Shown: positions 34,936 through 44,928, numbered from the stretch's first letter. The stretch is 64,000 nt of DNA from an uncultured Gemmataceae bacterium (GCA_963750165.1 CAVVPN010000012.1:608001-672000), one strand, 5' to 3'. Notes: generated from the letters alone by a model not told the origin. Made by a program: numbers and translations.

Positions 34936-35264
34936 GTGCTCCTCCGCGTGCCGGGTGATGAGATGGTGGGATTGTACCGCCCGCCCGCGCCAACTGCACG
35001 CCCGGCAGGGGCCAATTTTTTCAACCGCAGTCATAGGGTGTGCCTCTGGAATGCGGCGAGCGGCGCGGCGGCCTGACGCCGCGCCGCTCGCCAAAATCGA
35101 GTGGAGCACCGCAGTCTTAAACCGCTCTTGCGTTGCACAACGGCCCTGGTTATATCCCTCCCCTCTCGAACTAGCATTCAGACAGTCCGGAACCATCGGG
35201 GATTCCGCGCACCCGGCGGCGGCTGCGTGCGGGGTGGGGATTTTCATTGCGAAGGAGTCGGGAC

Positions 35265-36485
35265 ATGGTTCTGTACGGCCAGCGCAAGCTGCTCCTGCTC
35301 GTCAGCGCTCTGGTGGGGCCGTGCCTGGCAACCGTGGGCTGCCAGTCCGATCTGGGGCTGATGGGACCGTCCGTCATCGGCGGCTCCAGCGTTCGCTACA
35401 CCGGCGACGGCGGGCGCTACGCCACCGGCCCCAGCATGGGCGGCTCCGGCACGGCGTTCACGTACCCGCCGGGCGTGCCCCGGCCGGTCGCGCCGGCCGC
35501 GCCGGTCGTCCAGGCGTCGTACCAGAATCCGGGCGGCCCGCTGGCGGACCAGAACGGCCAACCGCCGGCCGACGCCGCGCCGCTGCCGCCCTGCCTCCCC
35601 AACCCGTGGGGGCCGTGCCCGACCGAACTCAACAAGGTGTCGCATCCGCCGTACACCATCGCACCGCCGGACATCCTGAGCATCGAGGCGCTGAAGCTGG
35701 TGCCGAAGCCGCCGTACCGCGTCGAACCGCTGGAGATCCTGACCGTCGAGGTGTCCGGCACGATACCCAAGCAGCCGATCAAGGGGTCGTTCACGGTGGC
35801 GCCGGACGGCACCATCAACCTGGGCTTCGGCTACGGCAGCGTCCTCGTTGCGGCGATGACGCTCGAGCAAATCCAGAACGCCATCCGCACGCATCTGAAC
35901 GACCAGTTGAAGAGCCCGCAGGTAAGCGTGTCGCTGGCGCAGTACCGCGCCATGCCGCAGCTGGGCGGCAAGCACCTGGTACGGCCGGACGGCACCATCG
36001 ACCTGGGCGCCTACGGCAGCGTTTACGTCGCCGGCCTGACGCTGTCCCAGGCCAAGGGCGTCATTGAAGAGCACCTGTCCGGGTGGATTTTGAACCCGGA
36101 GATCGCCATCAACGTGGGTGCCTACAACAGCAAGGTCTACTACGTGGTCGTGGACTACGGCAGCTGGGGCCAGGAGGTGTTCCGCTTCCCGATCACCGGC
36201 AACGAGACCGTGCTGGACGCCATCACCATGATCGATGGCTTGCCGCCGGTGGCCTCCCGGCACCGCCTCTGGCTGGCACGGCCCGCGCCGCCGCAGTACG
36301 GCTGTGACCAGATCCTGCCGATCGACTGGATGGCGATCGTCTCGGGCGCCAGCACGGCGACGAACTACCAGTTGTTCCCCGGCGACCGCCTCTTCATCTC
36401 GGCGAATCAGCGGTGCGCGCTATGCAACTGGCTGGCGCAGTGCTTCGCGCCGATCAAACGGGTCTTCGGCGGCGATGGACCCTGA
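35265..36485 (+). CDS. Polysaccharide biosynthesis/export family lipoprotein (Wza-like domains)
   Basis: YTIAPPDIL, VRPDGTIDLG, GNETVLDAI, YQLFPGDRL. Confidence 0.85.
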   Translation: MVLYGQRKLLLLVSALVGPCLATVGCQSDLGLMGPSVIGGSSVRYTGDGGRYATGPSMGGSGTAFTYPPGVPRPVAPAAPVVQASYQNPGGPLADQNGQPPADAAPLPPCLPNPWGPCPTELNKVSHPPYTIAPPDILSIEALKLVPKPPYRVEPLEILTVEVSGTIPKQPIKGSFTVAPDGTINLGFGYGSVLVAAMTLEQIQNAIRTHLNDQLKSPQVSVSLAQYRAMPQLGGKHLVRPDGTIDLGAYGSVYVAGLTLSQAKGVIEEHLSGWILNPEIAINVGAYNSKVYYVVVDYGSWGQEVFRFPITGNETVLDAITMIDGLPPVASRHRLWLARPAPPQYGCDQILPIDWMAIVSGASTATNYQLFPGDRLFISANQRCALCNWLAQCFAPIKRVFGGDGP

Positions 36486-36669
36486 CGCCCCGCGCGCTGA
36501 TTTCGATTGATCTTCCCCAGGCGACGCGGCCGATGTTCAGAGTGTGCGGACAAATCCGGTGTGATCGGTTCTGCGGATGGGAACGCCAGGTTGACAGCAG
36601 GGCAGCCGTGTGCAGCGCCTTGCTGAAACGCTGAGCCAGGCGGACGGCCAGCCATCAAGGAGGATGGAC

Positions 36670-37194
36670 ATGTCTGCGAAACGGATGTGGCTGAGGCTGG
36701 CCGGGCTGTGCCTGGCGGTGGTGCTGGGCGCGGCCACGACGGCGGCGGCCCAGCAGTGCGAATCCGGCGGCCCGACCGGTGCCGCGCTGGCCGGTAGCTC
36801 GGGGGTCGGCGGCAATCTGTTCTCCGGCGGTGGCGCTTGCCTGACTGGCGGGCCGGTGCTCGGCAATTTGTTCGGCGGTGCCACTCCAACAAGCGGTTGT
36901 GCCACCTGCAACCGGTTCCTCTGCCCGCCGATTTACTTTCATTGCCAGGAAGGGCCGCCGTGCATCAAGATCCAGTGCGGCTGCCCGCGGCCAGTGAGTT
37001 GCCCCTGCGACCAGCCCGGCTGGGGCTACTATCAGACCACCTGGCGGCAGTGGCCGGGCGGCGGCCCCAATTGTTCGCCAGGCCCCGTGCTCGGCCCCCA
37101 GGCAGCTTTGCCGTATGCGTCGCTCGGATCGCCACCCAGCCCGCCCGCACCGGAAGGGCCGGCACCCCGCAAGATCAATCAGCCGGCGCCTTGA
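36670..37194 (+). CDS. Secreted Cys/Gly/Pro-rich hypothetical protein
   Basis: AAGGAGG RBS, signal peptide, WGYYQTTWRQWP motif. Confidence 0.7.
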   Translation: MSAKRMWLRLAGLCLAVVLGAATTAAAQQCESGGPTGAALAGSSGVGGNLFSGGGACLTGGPVLGNLFGGATPTSGCATCNRFLCPPIYFHCQEGPPCIKIQCGCPRPVSCPCDQPGWGYYQTTWRQWPGGGPNCSPGPVLGPQAALPYASLGSPPSPPAPEGPAPRKINQPAP

Positions 37195-37213
37195 CCCGGC
37201 GGCGGTCAAACGC

Positions 37214-37254
37214 AAAGGGCGTCCCGGATTCCTGGAATCCGGGACGCCCTTTTT
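37214..37254. terminator. Hairpin terminator between convergent genes
   Basis: aaagggcgtcccggattcc-t-ggaatccgggacgcccttttt. Confidence 0.8.
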
Positions 37255-37277
37255 CGTTCGCCGCGGCCGGGGCCGCG

Positions 37278-38258
37278 TCAGGGCACGTCCGTGCTGTTGA
37301 TCGCTTCTCTACCCTGCGTGGTGCTGATGGCCTGCCAGATGGTGAGGTTAATGCTGTTGTTGACCCAACCGACGTGACCGTCGCAGAAAACGACGTTGAC
37401 GCCGCCGGAGCCGTTGTGCAGGCTGCGGGCGACCTGCATGCGCGGCAACGTGGTGGTCGCGGTCGTCGTGCAGGGGATGTTGTACGTCGCGGCGACGTTG
37501 CAGGTGCCGCCGCTGATGACATCCGGGGCGTTGGCGTTCGGCAGGTTATAGGTCGTGAACCCGGTGGCGCCGCCCCACCAGGCATAGCCGCGCAGGTCAC
37601 CGCCTTGCCCCTGGATGATTTCGGAGGCCATGAGCGTGTTGGAGGTGCCATCGACAATGCTCGACAACCGCACCTGGCCGCCGGTGTTGGGCGTCCAGCC
37701 AGTCAACGTTGCAGACGGGGGGCCGTCGCCGAGGCTGCTGAGCCAGGAACTCGGGTAGGCGGGAAAGGGCGCGCCGCCATAGACGACGCCGTTCAGGTTC
37801 GCCTGGTACATGCTGGTGTTGCCGAAATTGACCACGTAGTTGTGGTAGGTGATGGAGTTGCTGTTGCCGGGGTCCACCGGACAGGTCAGGGAGGGGATGC
37901 GCAGGTCCGTGACCAAATTGTTGGGGGCCGCAGCATAACGCGGGCCGGTGGCGTCGTTGCCCCCCAGGTTGGTGTACATGTTCGCCATGTTCTGCTGCTC
38001 CAGGAAAGGCAGGATGTACATCATCCAGGTGCCCCAGCAGCAGCCCCACGGCCCGGTGCCGGGTGGCAGGAACTTGTGCTGGTCGTGGTAGTTTTGCATG
38101 GCGATGCCGAGCTGGTGCAGATTGTTCTGACACTGGGCGTTGGCCGCCGCGGCGCGCACTTTTTGCACGGCGGGCAACAGCAGGCCGATGAGGATGGCGA
38201 TGATGGCGATCACCACCAGTAACTCAATCAGCGTGAACCCTCGCCGACGGAAACACAT
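37278..38258 (-). CDS. DUF1559 prepilin-type N-terminal cleavage/methylation protein
   Basis: GFTLIELLVVIAII, LLPAVQKVR, DGTSNT, HNGSGGVNVVFCDG. Confidence 0.95.
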   Translation of the reverse strand: MCFRRRGFTLIELLVVIAIIAILIGLLLPAVQKVRAAAANAQCQNNLHQLGIAMQNYHDQHKFLPPGTGPWGCCWGTWMMYILPFLEQQNMANMYTNLGGNDATGPRYAAAPNNLVTDLRIPSLTCPVDPGNSNSITYHNYVVNFGNTSMYQANLNGVVYGGAPFPAYPSSWLSSLGDGPPSATLTGWTPNTGGQVRLSSIVDGTSNTLMASEIIQGQGGDLRGYAWWGGATGFTTYNLPNANAPDVISGGTCNVAATYNIPCTTTATTTLPRMQVARSLHNGSGGVNVVFCDGHVGWVNNSINLTIWQAISTTQGREAINSTDVP

Positions 38259-38319
38259 GGCTGACCTCCCCTGGAAGAAACTCCGACAAGCGGAATGAAA
38301 AACCCTGGAGTCTTACCTG

Positions 38320-38760
38320 CTAGGTCTTGCGCTTCGGGATGTTGAAATTGAACGTGTTGGGTTCGCCGTCCTTCACCTCGACGAACTGTTTGGAATCGGT
38401 GCTCCATTCGGGCGGCAACGGGTCGAGGTTGCGGGCAGGGCCGGACGGGCCAGGCGGCATCCCCTTGTTCGCGGCCGAGCTTTCGCCGGCGTGAACGCTC
38501 ACCTTGTACTTGCCCGCGGCCAGACCCTTGTTCCTGGAAATCCGGTACTCCCCGTTGACGATCTGGGCGCCGTCGCGGGTGCCCTGGCCGTCCTGTGGTT
38601 CAAAAAAAATGACGCCGTCCTCAATGGGCTGGTCGCCGAAGGTGACCTTGCCGGTAATCTCGTTCCGCACGGGCTCACTTTTGCCGCCGCAACCGCCAAG
38701 GAACCCGAGGCAGCTCAGCCCGAACAACAGGCAGAACGTTTTCGCAGCACCACCGTGCAT
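38320..38760 (-). CDS. Planctomycete lipoprotein typically paired with DUF1559 genes
   Basis: LGGC lipobox, ITGKVTFGDQPIEDG, GKYKV, NTFNFNI. Confidence 0.8.
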   Translation of the reverse strand: MHGGAAKTFCLLFGLSCLGFLGGCGGKSEPVRNEITGKVTFGDQPIEDGVIFFEPQDGQGTRDGAQIVNGEYRISRNKGLAAGKYKVSVHAGESSAANKGMPPGPSGPARNLDPLPPEWSTDSKQFVEVKDGEPNTFNFNIPKRKT

Positions 38761-38887
38761 GACCAAACCCCCTGCGGTAGCGACTGGGTCTGAACTCAGT
38801 TCCTGCGGCCATCCTGGCTTTGGGCGAGATGCCACCAACCCGGTGGAGGAGAGAGCGGTTGTAAAAGTGAGAGAGGTATGGGAGTTT

Positions 38888-38916
38888 AATTTATGGTTCG
38901 GAGAGGGGTGTGTCAA
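38888..38916 (-). promoter_or_regulatory. Candidate promoter TTGACA-N17-TAAATT
   Basis: Exact -35 preceded by a T tract, upstream of the lipoprotein/DUF1559 pair. Confidence 0.5.
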
Positions 38917-38942
38917 CAAAAAAATCGACCGCGGCAATACAA

Positions 38943-39000
38943 TCGGAGCCCGAGCGCCGGCGAGAAGCAACGCTGCCCCGCGCTGGCGCTCGGGCTCCGA
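38943..39000. repeat. Palindromic element of the 2401 family, downstream of rplQ
   Basis: tcggagcccgagcgccggcg ... cgctggcgctcgggctccga. Confidence 0.75.
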
Positions 39001-39030
39001 CCCATCACGAACATGCAAGGCGCTGCCGCA

Positions 39031-39678
39031 TCAGGCTTGCGGCGGGTTCTGCGGAGTGGGCGCCGGCGCCTGGCCGGTGGCCGGCGGTGCCTCGCCCTGC
39101 GGTTGCTGTGCGGCCTCGCCCTGTGGCGGCTGGGCCGGCGCCTCGCCACCTGCCGGTGGGGGCGCGGCGCCCTCGGTGGGCGGAGTTTCCTGCGGCGGCT
39201 CCTCCTGCTGCTGCGTCTCGTCCTCGACCTGCGGCGCCGGGGCCGGCTCGTGCAACCGCACCTTGGTTTCGCCTTCCTTGAGCAGTTCCAGGAAGGCGGT
39301 CTCGCCGCCGTCGCCCAGGCGGCGCTGCGTCCGCTTGATGACGCGCGTGTAGCCGCCCGGCCGGTTGGCGTAGCGCGGCGCGATCTCCTCGAACAACTTC
39401 TTGACGATGTCGCGGTGGTCGGCGTCGTCGCCGGTGCCAGGCTTGACCTCGGCGTGACCGGCGCCGCCCAGGCGGGCAGTCACCAGCCGGCGGGCGTGCA
39501 GCGTGTTGCGCTTGGCCAGCGTGATGAGCCGCTCCACGAACGGCCGGGCCTCCTTGGCCTTGGCGACGGTGGTGATGATCCGCTCATGGCGGAACAGCGC
39601 CATCGCCAGGTTGCGGAACAGGGCCAGGCGGTGCGTCGCGTTGCGGCCGAGTTTGCGGCCGGCTTTCAGGTGTCGCAT
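39031..39678 (-). CDS. rplQ: 50S ribosomal protein L17 with long Pro/Gln/Glu-rich C-terminal extension
   Basis: MRHLKAGRKLGR, ITTVAKAKE, RPGGYTR. Confidence 0.95.
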   Translation of the reverse strand: MRHLKAGRKLGRNATHRLALFRNLAMALFRHERIITTVAKAKEARPFVERLITLAKRNTLHARRLVTARLGGAGHAEVKPGTGDDADHRDIVKKLFEEIAPRYANRPGGYTRVIKRTQRRLGDGGETAFLELLKEGETKVRLHEPAPAPQVEDETQQQEEPPQETPPTEGAAPPPAGGEAPAQPPQGEAAQQPQGEAPPATGQAPAPTPQNPPQA

Positions 39679-39692
39679 GGTCAATTCCTTCG

Positions 39693-39781
39693 ATTGCCAA
39701 TTGCAAATTGCAGATTGCAAATTGAAATACAGGAAACGGCGCCGTCTTTCAATTTGCAATCTGCAATTTGCAATTGGCAAT
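39693..39781. repeat. Inverted heptamer array (TTGCAAA-like)
   Basis: attgccaattgcaaattgcagattgcaaattgaaa ... tttcaatttgcaatctgcaatttgcaattggcaat. Confidence 0.85.
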
Positions 39782-39785
39782 TCCG

Positions 39786-40787
39786 TTAGCGGCGCAGCGA
39801 GGACGGCAATTTCATCCCCAGGTGCAGACCGCGTTCCTGCAGTTTGGCCTTCACTTCCTTCAACGTCGTCTCGCCGAAGTTGCGCACCTCCAGCAGTTCC
39901 TCGTCCGTGCGGATAACCAGGTCGCGGACGGTGGTGATGCCTTCGGACTCCAGGCAGTTGGTCGCCCGCACCGACAGTTCCAGCTCGGCCAGGCTCATGT
40001 TGAGCTTGCGCTCCAGTTCGTGATCGGGCGCCTCCACGGTGGTTGGCGTATCGGCCCGGTCGTCCAGGGCGATCTCGGGGCCGGCCTCGGCGTACTGGAT
40101 GAACGGGTTGAGGTGCTTGCGCATGATCTTGGCGCCCTCGACCAGCGCCAGCTGCGGGCTAATGGTCTCGTTCGTCCAGATTTCCATGACCAGGCGGTCA
40201 TAGTTGGTACGCTGGCCGACGCGCGTCTCCTCGATCTCGTACTTGACGCGCACCACCGGCGAGAAGCTGGAATCGACCGGGATGACACCGATCTCGCGTT
40301 CCTTGCCGGAGTTCTCGTCGGCGGTGCGGTAGCCGCGGCCGTTCTCGACGGTCATCTCCATGACGAAGGGCACGTCGTCGGTGAGCGTGGCGAGGATGTG
40401 CTCGGGGTTGATGATCTGCACCGCCTCGTCGGTGATGATGTTGGCGGCGGTGACGACGCCGCGCTCGTGCCGGTCGATGCGGATGATGCGCGGCGTTTCG
40501 CTGGAGTTCTTGACGACCAGGCTCTTGACGTTGAGGATGATGTCGGTCACATCCTCGACGACGCCGGGGATGGTGGTGATCTCGTGCTGAACGCCCTGAA
40601 TCTTGACGCGCGTGACGGCGCTGCCCTCCAGACTGCTGAGCAGAATACGGCGCAGGCTGTTGCCGACGGTGACGCCGAAGCCGCGCTCGAACGGCTCGGC
40701 GAAGAACTTGCCGTAGCTCGGCGACAGCGTGTCGCGGTCACAGCTCAGACGGTTGGGCAGTTCCAGGCCACGCCATTTGATACGCAT
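39786..40787 (-). CDS. rpoA: RNA polymerase alpha subunit
   Basis: [37 protein letters not shown]. Confidence 0.97.
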   Translation of the reverse strand: MRIKWRGLELPNRLSCDRDTLSPSYGKFFAEPFERGFGVTVGNSLRRILLSSLEGSAVTRVKIQGVQHEITTIPGVVEDVTDIILNVKSLVVKNSSETPRIIRIDRHERGVVTAANIITDEAVQIINPEHILATLTDDVPFVMEMTVENGRGYRTADENSGKEREIGVIPVDSSFSPVVRVKYEIEETRVGQRTNYDRLVMEIWTNETISPQLALVEGAKIMRKHLNPFIQYAEAGPEIALDDRADTPTTVEAPDHELERKLNMSLAELELSVRATNCLESEGITTVRDLVIRTDEELLEVRNFGETTLKEVKAKLQERGLHLGMKLPSSLRR

Positions 40788-40806
40788 GGAAAGCCTCCTT
40801 CAAAAT

Positions 40807-40911
40807 GTCATTAGTCATTAGTCATTAGTCATTAGTCATTAGTTCGCTGGGTTCCCGCTCCAGGGCAGAAACCCAGCGAACTAATGACTAATGACCAATG
40901 ACTAATGACTA
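40807..40911. repeat. Inverted heptamer array (GTCATTA)5 ... (TAATGAC)~4 around a GC hairpin
   Basis: Seen directly; overlaps the rpsD stop codon. Confidence 0.88.
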
Positions 40912-41571
40912 TCGACCACAGAATTCGATGATGAGCTGCTCCTGCAGCGGCTGGTCCGCCTGGGCCAGGCGCGGGTCCACGTCGCCGCGGGTTGGCAGCC
41001 GGGTCATCTGCGCCTCCAGGGCCTCTGCGTTAAGGATCACCAGGAAGTCGGGGATAGGCTGCGGGTGGTCCTGCTGCCGCTCCTTGACCAGCTTCTGCGA
41101 ACGGGCGCGCTCCTTGACCTTGATGGTGTCGCCCTTCTTCAGCAGCAGGCTTGGGATGTTGCAGACCCGGCCGTTGAGCAGCACGTGACCGTGGTTGACA
41201 ATCTGCCGGGCCGCAGCCCGTGACTGCGCGAAGCCGAGGCGGTGGATGACGTTGTCCAGCCGCCGCTCCATGATGCTCAGCAACTGCTCGCCGGTGTTTT
41301 CCGGCGAGCGCGACGCCAGCTCGAAGTAGCGGCGGAACTGGCGCTCCAGCACGCCGTAGAAGCGTTTGACCTTCTGCTTCTCACGGAGGCGGACGCCGTA
41401 CTCGCTCGATTTGCCGCGGCGATAGCCGTGCATACCGGGCGCCACGACGCTATTGCCGGCCTTGCGGCGGCTGACGGCGCACTTGGGGCTGTCGCAACGG
41501 CTGCCCTTGAGGTACAGCTTCATGCCTTCACGGCGGCACAACTGACAGACAGAATCCAGGTAACGTGCCAT
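40909..41571 (-). CDS. rpsD: 30S ribosomal protein S4 (Cys-containing, Zn-binding form)
   Basis: CQLCRRE...C...C, LREKQK, ERRLDN, HGHVLLNG. Confidence 0.96.
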   Translation of the reverse strand: MARYLDSVCQLCRREGMKLYLKGSRCDSPKCAVSRRKAGNSVVAPGMHGYRRGKSSEYGVRLREKQKVKRFYGVLERQFRRYFELASRSPENTGEQLLSIMERRLDNVIHRLGFAQSRAAARQIVNHGHVLLNGRVCNIPSLLLKKGDTIKVKERARSQKLVKERQQDHPQPIPDFLVILNAEALEAQMTRLPTRGDVDPRLAQADQPLQEQLIIEFCGR

Positions 41572-41622
41572 GGCGGTAACATACTCGACAACAAAGGGTG
41601 ACAAAAGGTTCGCGCTGCGTTC

Positions 41623-41686
41623 CGTGGCGCAGACAGGAATGTCTGCCAGCCTCGGTGATTTGGCAGACAGGAATGTCTGCCCCACG
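41623..41686. repeat. GTGG-type REP pair in the rpsK-rpsD spacer
   Basis: gcagacaggaatgtctgcc twice, flanked by cgtgg ... ccacg. Confidence 0.8.
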
Positions 41687-41702
41687 TTGGGAGGTTCATT
41701 GA

Positions 41703-42083
41703 TTATACGCGCCGCTTCTTGGGCGGGCGACAGCCGTTGTGCGGCAGCGGAGTGACGTCCTCGATGGCCTTGATGGACAGGCCGGCGGCCTGCAGGGCGG
41801 TGATGGCGGACTCACGGCCGGAACCGGGGCCCTTGACACGGACCTCGATCTCCTTGAGGCCGAACTTGGCGGCGCGTTCGGCGCAGGTCTCGGCGGCGCG
41901 CTGAGCGGCGAAGGGCGTGCTCTTGCGGCTGCCCTTGAAGCCGACAGTGCCGGCGGACGCGAAGCACAGGGCGTCACCGTTGGTGTCAGTGATGGTGACG
42001 ATGGTGTTGTTGAAGGTCGCCTTGATGTGGGCGATGCCCCGGCTGACGTTCCGCCGGGCCTTGCGTTTCTTGCTCTTGGCCAC
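41703..42083 (-). CDS. rpsK: 30S ribosomal protein S11
   Basis: [25 protein letters not shown]. Confidence 0.97.
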   Translation of the reverse strand: MAKSKKRKARRNVSRGIAHIKATFNNTIVTITDTNGDALCFASAGTVGFKGSRKSTPFAAQRAAETCAERAAKFGLKEIEVRVKGPGSGRESAITALQAAGLSIKAIEDVTPLPHNGCRPPKKRRV

Positions 42084-42105
42084 GTATCCACCTCTCGTAA
42101 GTCGA

Positions 42106-42220
42106 TCAGAAGTCCGAAGACAGAGGTCAAAAGTCAGAGGTCAGAGCAGCAGGAAGCCTGCCAAGCCGCAAGCGGCAGAACAAGGCAATTCTGACTTCTG
42201 ACCTCTGTCTTCTGCTCTCT
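42106..42220. repeat. Inverted degenerate heptamer array (TCAGAGG-like) with a nested REP half
   Basis: tcagaagtccgaagacagaggtcaaaagtcagagg ... ttctgacttctgacctctgtcttctg; gccaagccgcaagcggcag inside. Confidence 0.7.
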
Positions 42221-42225
42221 CTGGG

Positions 42226-42612
42226 TTAGCCGCGCATCTCCTTGACGCCCTTCTTGCCGGCGACGGTCTTGCGCGGGCCCTTGCGGGTGCGGGCGTTGGT
42301 GCGGGTGCGCTGACCGCGGACGGGCAGACTGCGACGGTGCCGCAGACCGCGGTAGCACTGGATGTCCTTCAGGCGCTGGATGTTCTGTTGAATCTGGCGG
42401 CGCAGCGGGCCCTCGACCACGTACTCGCGGTCGAGGAAGCCGACGATGCGGGCGATCTCCTCGTCCGTCAGGTCGCGAGCGCGGCGCTGCGGATCGACGC
42501 CGGCCTTGTCGCACAGCTCCAGGGCCGTGGTCGGGCCGATGCCGTAGATGTAGCGCAGCGAAATGTGCGTCGGTTTATCGTTGGGCAAATCGACGCCGAG
42601 GATACGCGGCAT
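42226..42612 (-). CDS. rpsM: 30S ribosomal protein S13
   Basis: [32 protein letters not shown]. Confidence 0.97.
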   Translation of the reverse strand: MPRILGVDLPNDKPTHISLRYIYGIGPTTALELCDKAGVDPQRRARDLTDEEIARIVGFLDREYVVEGPLRRQIQQNIQRLKDIQCYRGLRHRRSLPVRGQRTRTNARTRKGPRKTVAGKKGVKEMRG

Positions 42613-42628
42613 GGGTGGCTCTCCTGAA

Positions 42629-42742
42629 TTAACCCTGGCGCTGCTTGTGACGCGGGTTGCTGCAAATCACGTACAGCTTGCCCTGCCGCCGAACCAGCTT
42701 GCAGTTTTCACAGATCCGTTTGACACTGGCGCGAACTTTCAT
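42629..42742 (-). CDS. rpmJ: 50S ribosomal protein L36
   Basis: [15 protein letters not shown]...[11 protein letters not shown]. Confidence 0.97.
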   Translation of the reverse strand: MKVRASVKRICENCKLVRRQGKLYVICSNPRHKQRQG

Positions 42743-43071
42743 TGGCTTTCCGTTGCTCCGGTGAGGCGCAGAATAGTGGAAATTCTTACTGTAGCAAATG
42801 GAACTATTGCTGCAAGAGGGAAAAGCGCACGAATTTGGCACGCGCTTGTCGTCACGTGGCACGGTCGTGCCTGGGCAGGCACTTTCAGCCGGCAACAGCA
42901 GGCGCCGGCCGGCACGGCCCGACGTGGGTGGGCGCAACCTGGCCCATGGGGGTGTGGGAGAAACGTGAAACGAAACGGCAACTCCTTCGCTGCCAGGAGG
43001 TTATTTCGTATCACCCCCGCGAGATGAAACCGCCCGCCCCGCGGGACGGGCGCGATCGGCAGGCGCTTGCG

Positions 43072-43215
43072 TCAAAGCGACTGCAGGAACCTGAGCAGCG
43101 CGGCCCGGTCGGCGGCGGCCAGGTTGCGGAAGACCTCCCGTGCCGGGTGGGCCTCGCCGCCGTGCCAGAGGATCGCTTCGCTCAGCGTGCGGGCCCGGCC
43201 GTCGTGCAGGTAGGC
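43072..43215 (-). pseudogene. 3' fragment of a di-heme oxidoreductase (thiol oxidoreductase-like) gene
   Basis: YLHDGRARTLSEAILWHGGEA...LLRFLQSL-stop, with no upstream part. Confidence 0.75.
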
Positions 43216-43409
43216 TTCGCCGCCGCCGGAACCACGCCAGTCTCTTCAGCGCGACCGAGGCCGGCGGCTGTGCGCTGCGCGAGCGCGTCGAACTCGAACC
43301 GCTCGGCGGCGTGCTCGGGCTGACGGTGACGGAGCAGTTCATTTTGAACGAGCTGGATTGGTTGTTCGTCTTCAGGCATCAGAAAGTAACGGAAACAGTA
43401 ATCGCCTAG
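43216..43409 (+). pseudogene. 3' fragment of a probable SRPBCC/cyclase-like gene
   Basis: NHASLF...ERVELEPLGGVLG...ELDWLFVFRH-stop resembles SRPBCC C-termini; no start codon. Confidence 0.45.
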
Positions 43410-43476
43410 AATTGTCTGACGTAAGCATATGGGCGTAAATGATTTAAAATTATTTCAGATTGTGATTGGAAAAAAA

Positions 43477-43597
43477 CTAGGACGGCAATCCTGACTGGAG
43501 TGGACAGAATTCCCTGTGTATTCAGACAGATGGACTAATGAGCACCGCCATTATTCCCTGGGGAACTCCACGGCTCCAGTCAGGATTGCCGTCCTAG
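43477..43597. repeat. 24-bp perfect inverted repeats around a 73-bp spacer (REP/MITE-like)
   Basis: ctaggacggcaatcctgactggag ... ctccagtcaggattgccgtcctag, with A tracts on both sides. Confidence 0.8.
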
Positions 43598-43628
43598 AAA
43601 AAAAAATACTCGTTAAGATTTTACTTGA

Positions 43629-44252
43629 TTGTGTGTGTTTCTGTTGCTACCCTTATTGTGTGTGTTTCTGTTGCTACCCTTTCGTTCACTCAGGGGCATC
43701 GCATGCCAGCACCAGAATAATGCGTCTCGTCCTGTGTACACGCTGGTTCAAGAACAAAGTGCTGTGCCAGGCGATGGGGAAAAGAGCCTGATCAGCGCTG
43801 GCGGCGGCATTTACGTCGGTGGTCGGTCCTTCAGTTCCTTGGTCCAAAGCGCTGTCATCATGATTCGTGCCTGGGGCAAGTATACTGCTGGGAGTAGCGG
43901 CGGTACTGTCCAGATTCGACTCTACATGGACCCAAGCGATTCACACAGTACCCTCATTGCGGACACATCCGCAAAACCTATTCTGCAGGCAAGTCAGAGT
44001 AACATCGAATGGCAGTTGTATTTCATGATCACTATCAGAACGGCAGACGATAGCAGCGCTACTCTCTGGTGCGATGGGTTTCTTGAATGTATGAGCTACA
44101 CAAACTTGAACGCACCCGCGGGCCGAAACGCAACATTTACTCTCGATAACTCCGTGGTGAATTATATCGACTTGACGGCAAGAGTTTTCGGCAGTGGTTG
44201 CACTGTCTACCTTGAACAATGTTGCATGGAATACCTTCCGTATGCGGCCTAA
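43629..44252 (+). CDS. Hypothetical beta-rich protein in a lower-GC islet; start uncertain
   Basis: Long open frame in AT-richer DNA; 27-bp tandem duplication at the 5' end. Confidence 0.55.
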   Translation: MCVFLLLPLLCVFLLLPFRSLRGIACQHQNNASRPVYTLVQEQSAVPGDGEKSLISAGGGIYVGGRSFSSLVQSAVIMIRAWGKYTAGSSGGTVQIRLYMDPSDSHSTLIADTSAKPILQASQSNIEWQLYFMITIRTADDSSATLWCDGFLECMSYTNLNAPAGRNATFTLDNSVVNYIDLTARVFGSGCTVYLEQCCMEYLPYAA

Positions 44253-44265
44253 ACAGAGGTTTGCC

Positions 44266-44745
44266 ATGTCGATTGCTAGTCGTTCGGTACAGGCTACTCT
44301 CGCATTTGGGATGGCGGTTTTCTTTTTGCCTGCCGTTCCGCTCAAAGCACAAATCACCGATGAGGAAATTAAGAAAACTCCACCGATTGTTACGTCGAAG
44401 CCCGTTGACATTTTGAAAACCGACGATCAATACACAAAACTCGCCAAGTCGCGTTACAATCTGGCCCTGAAAGAATTGGGTATGCGTTTCGATCATTTTT
44501 GGAAAGGGAAATCATCAGGGGAATCTCTGATTGAAACGGAGCAGCGCTTTCTTCACATCGGTTTGGAGATTTTTTCTCGAAGCCAGGAGCGTTCGACTTT
44601 TTTGAAGGAGATGCACCGATTGGCTGATTACACCCACAGGGTTGCCCAGTTACAGGAAACGGCCCAAAGTAGGGTTCCCTTTGAAACCGTCCGGGCCAAC
44701 CAATTGCTCTTGGAAATTGAGATGCTCCAACTGAAAGCTAAATGA
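44266..44745 (+). CDS. Hypothetical secreted helical protein
   Basis: GAGGT RBS, signal peptide ending LKA-Q, amphipathic helices. Confidence 0.65.
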   Translation: MSIASRSVQATLAFGMAVFFLPAVPLKAQITDEEIKKTPPIVTSKPVDILKTDDQYTKLAKSRYNLALKELGMRFDHFWKGKSSGESLIETEQRFLHIGLEIFSRSQERSTFLKEMHRLADYTHRVAQLQETAQSRVPFETVRANQLLLEIEMLQLKAK

Positions 44746-44769
44746 GTCAGCCAGCGGGCGTCCTTTTTC

Positions 44770-44928
44770 TATTGCCAACTGCGCGGATAATGCAACGTCA
44801 CAAAGCGCGAAAGCGTCGAAAAAGACGCTGCGAAGCGACGCTGTTATGTTGCATTATCCGCGCAGTTGGCAATAACCCCGTTTTCAGTTTCGCGCGGATC
44901 GAGCCCGCGCGAAACTGAAAACGGGGTT
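44770..44928. repeat. Two abutting long inverted repeats
   Basis: 27-bp arms tattgccaactgcgcggataatgcaac, then aaccccgttttcagtttcgcgcgg ... ccgcgcgaaactgaaaacggggtt (relatives at 48578 and 52568). Confidence 0.8.

Noticed and set aside
39031..39250. Long L17 tail as a novel domain
   Set aside because: Low-complexity Pro/Gln/Glu extensions on L17 are common
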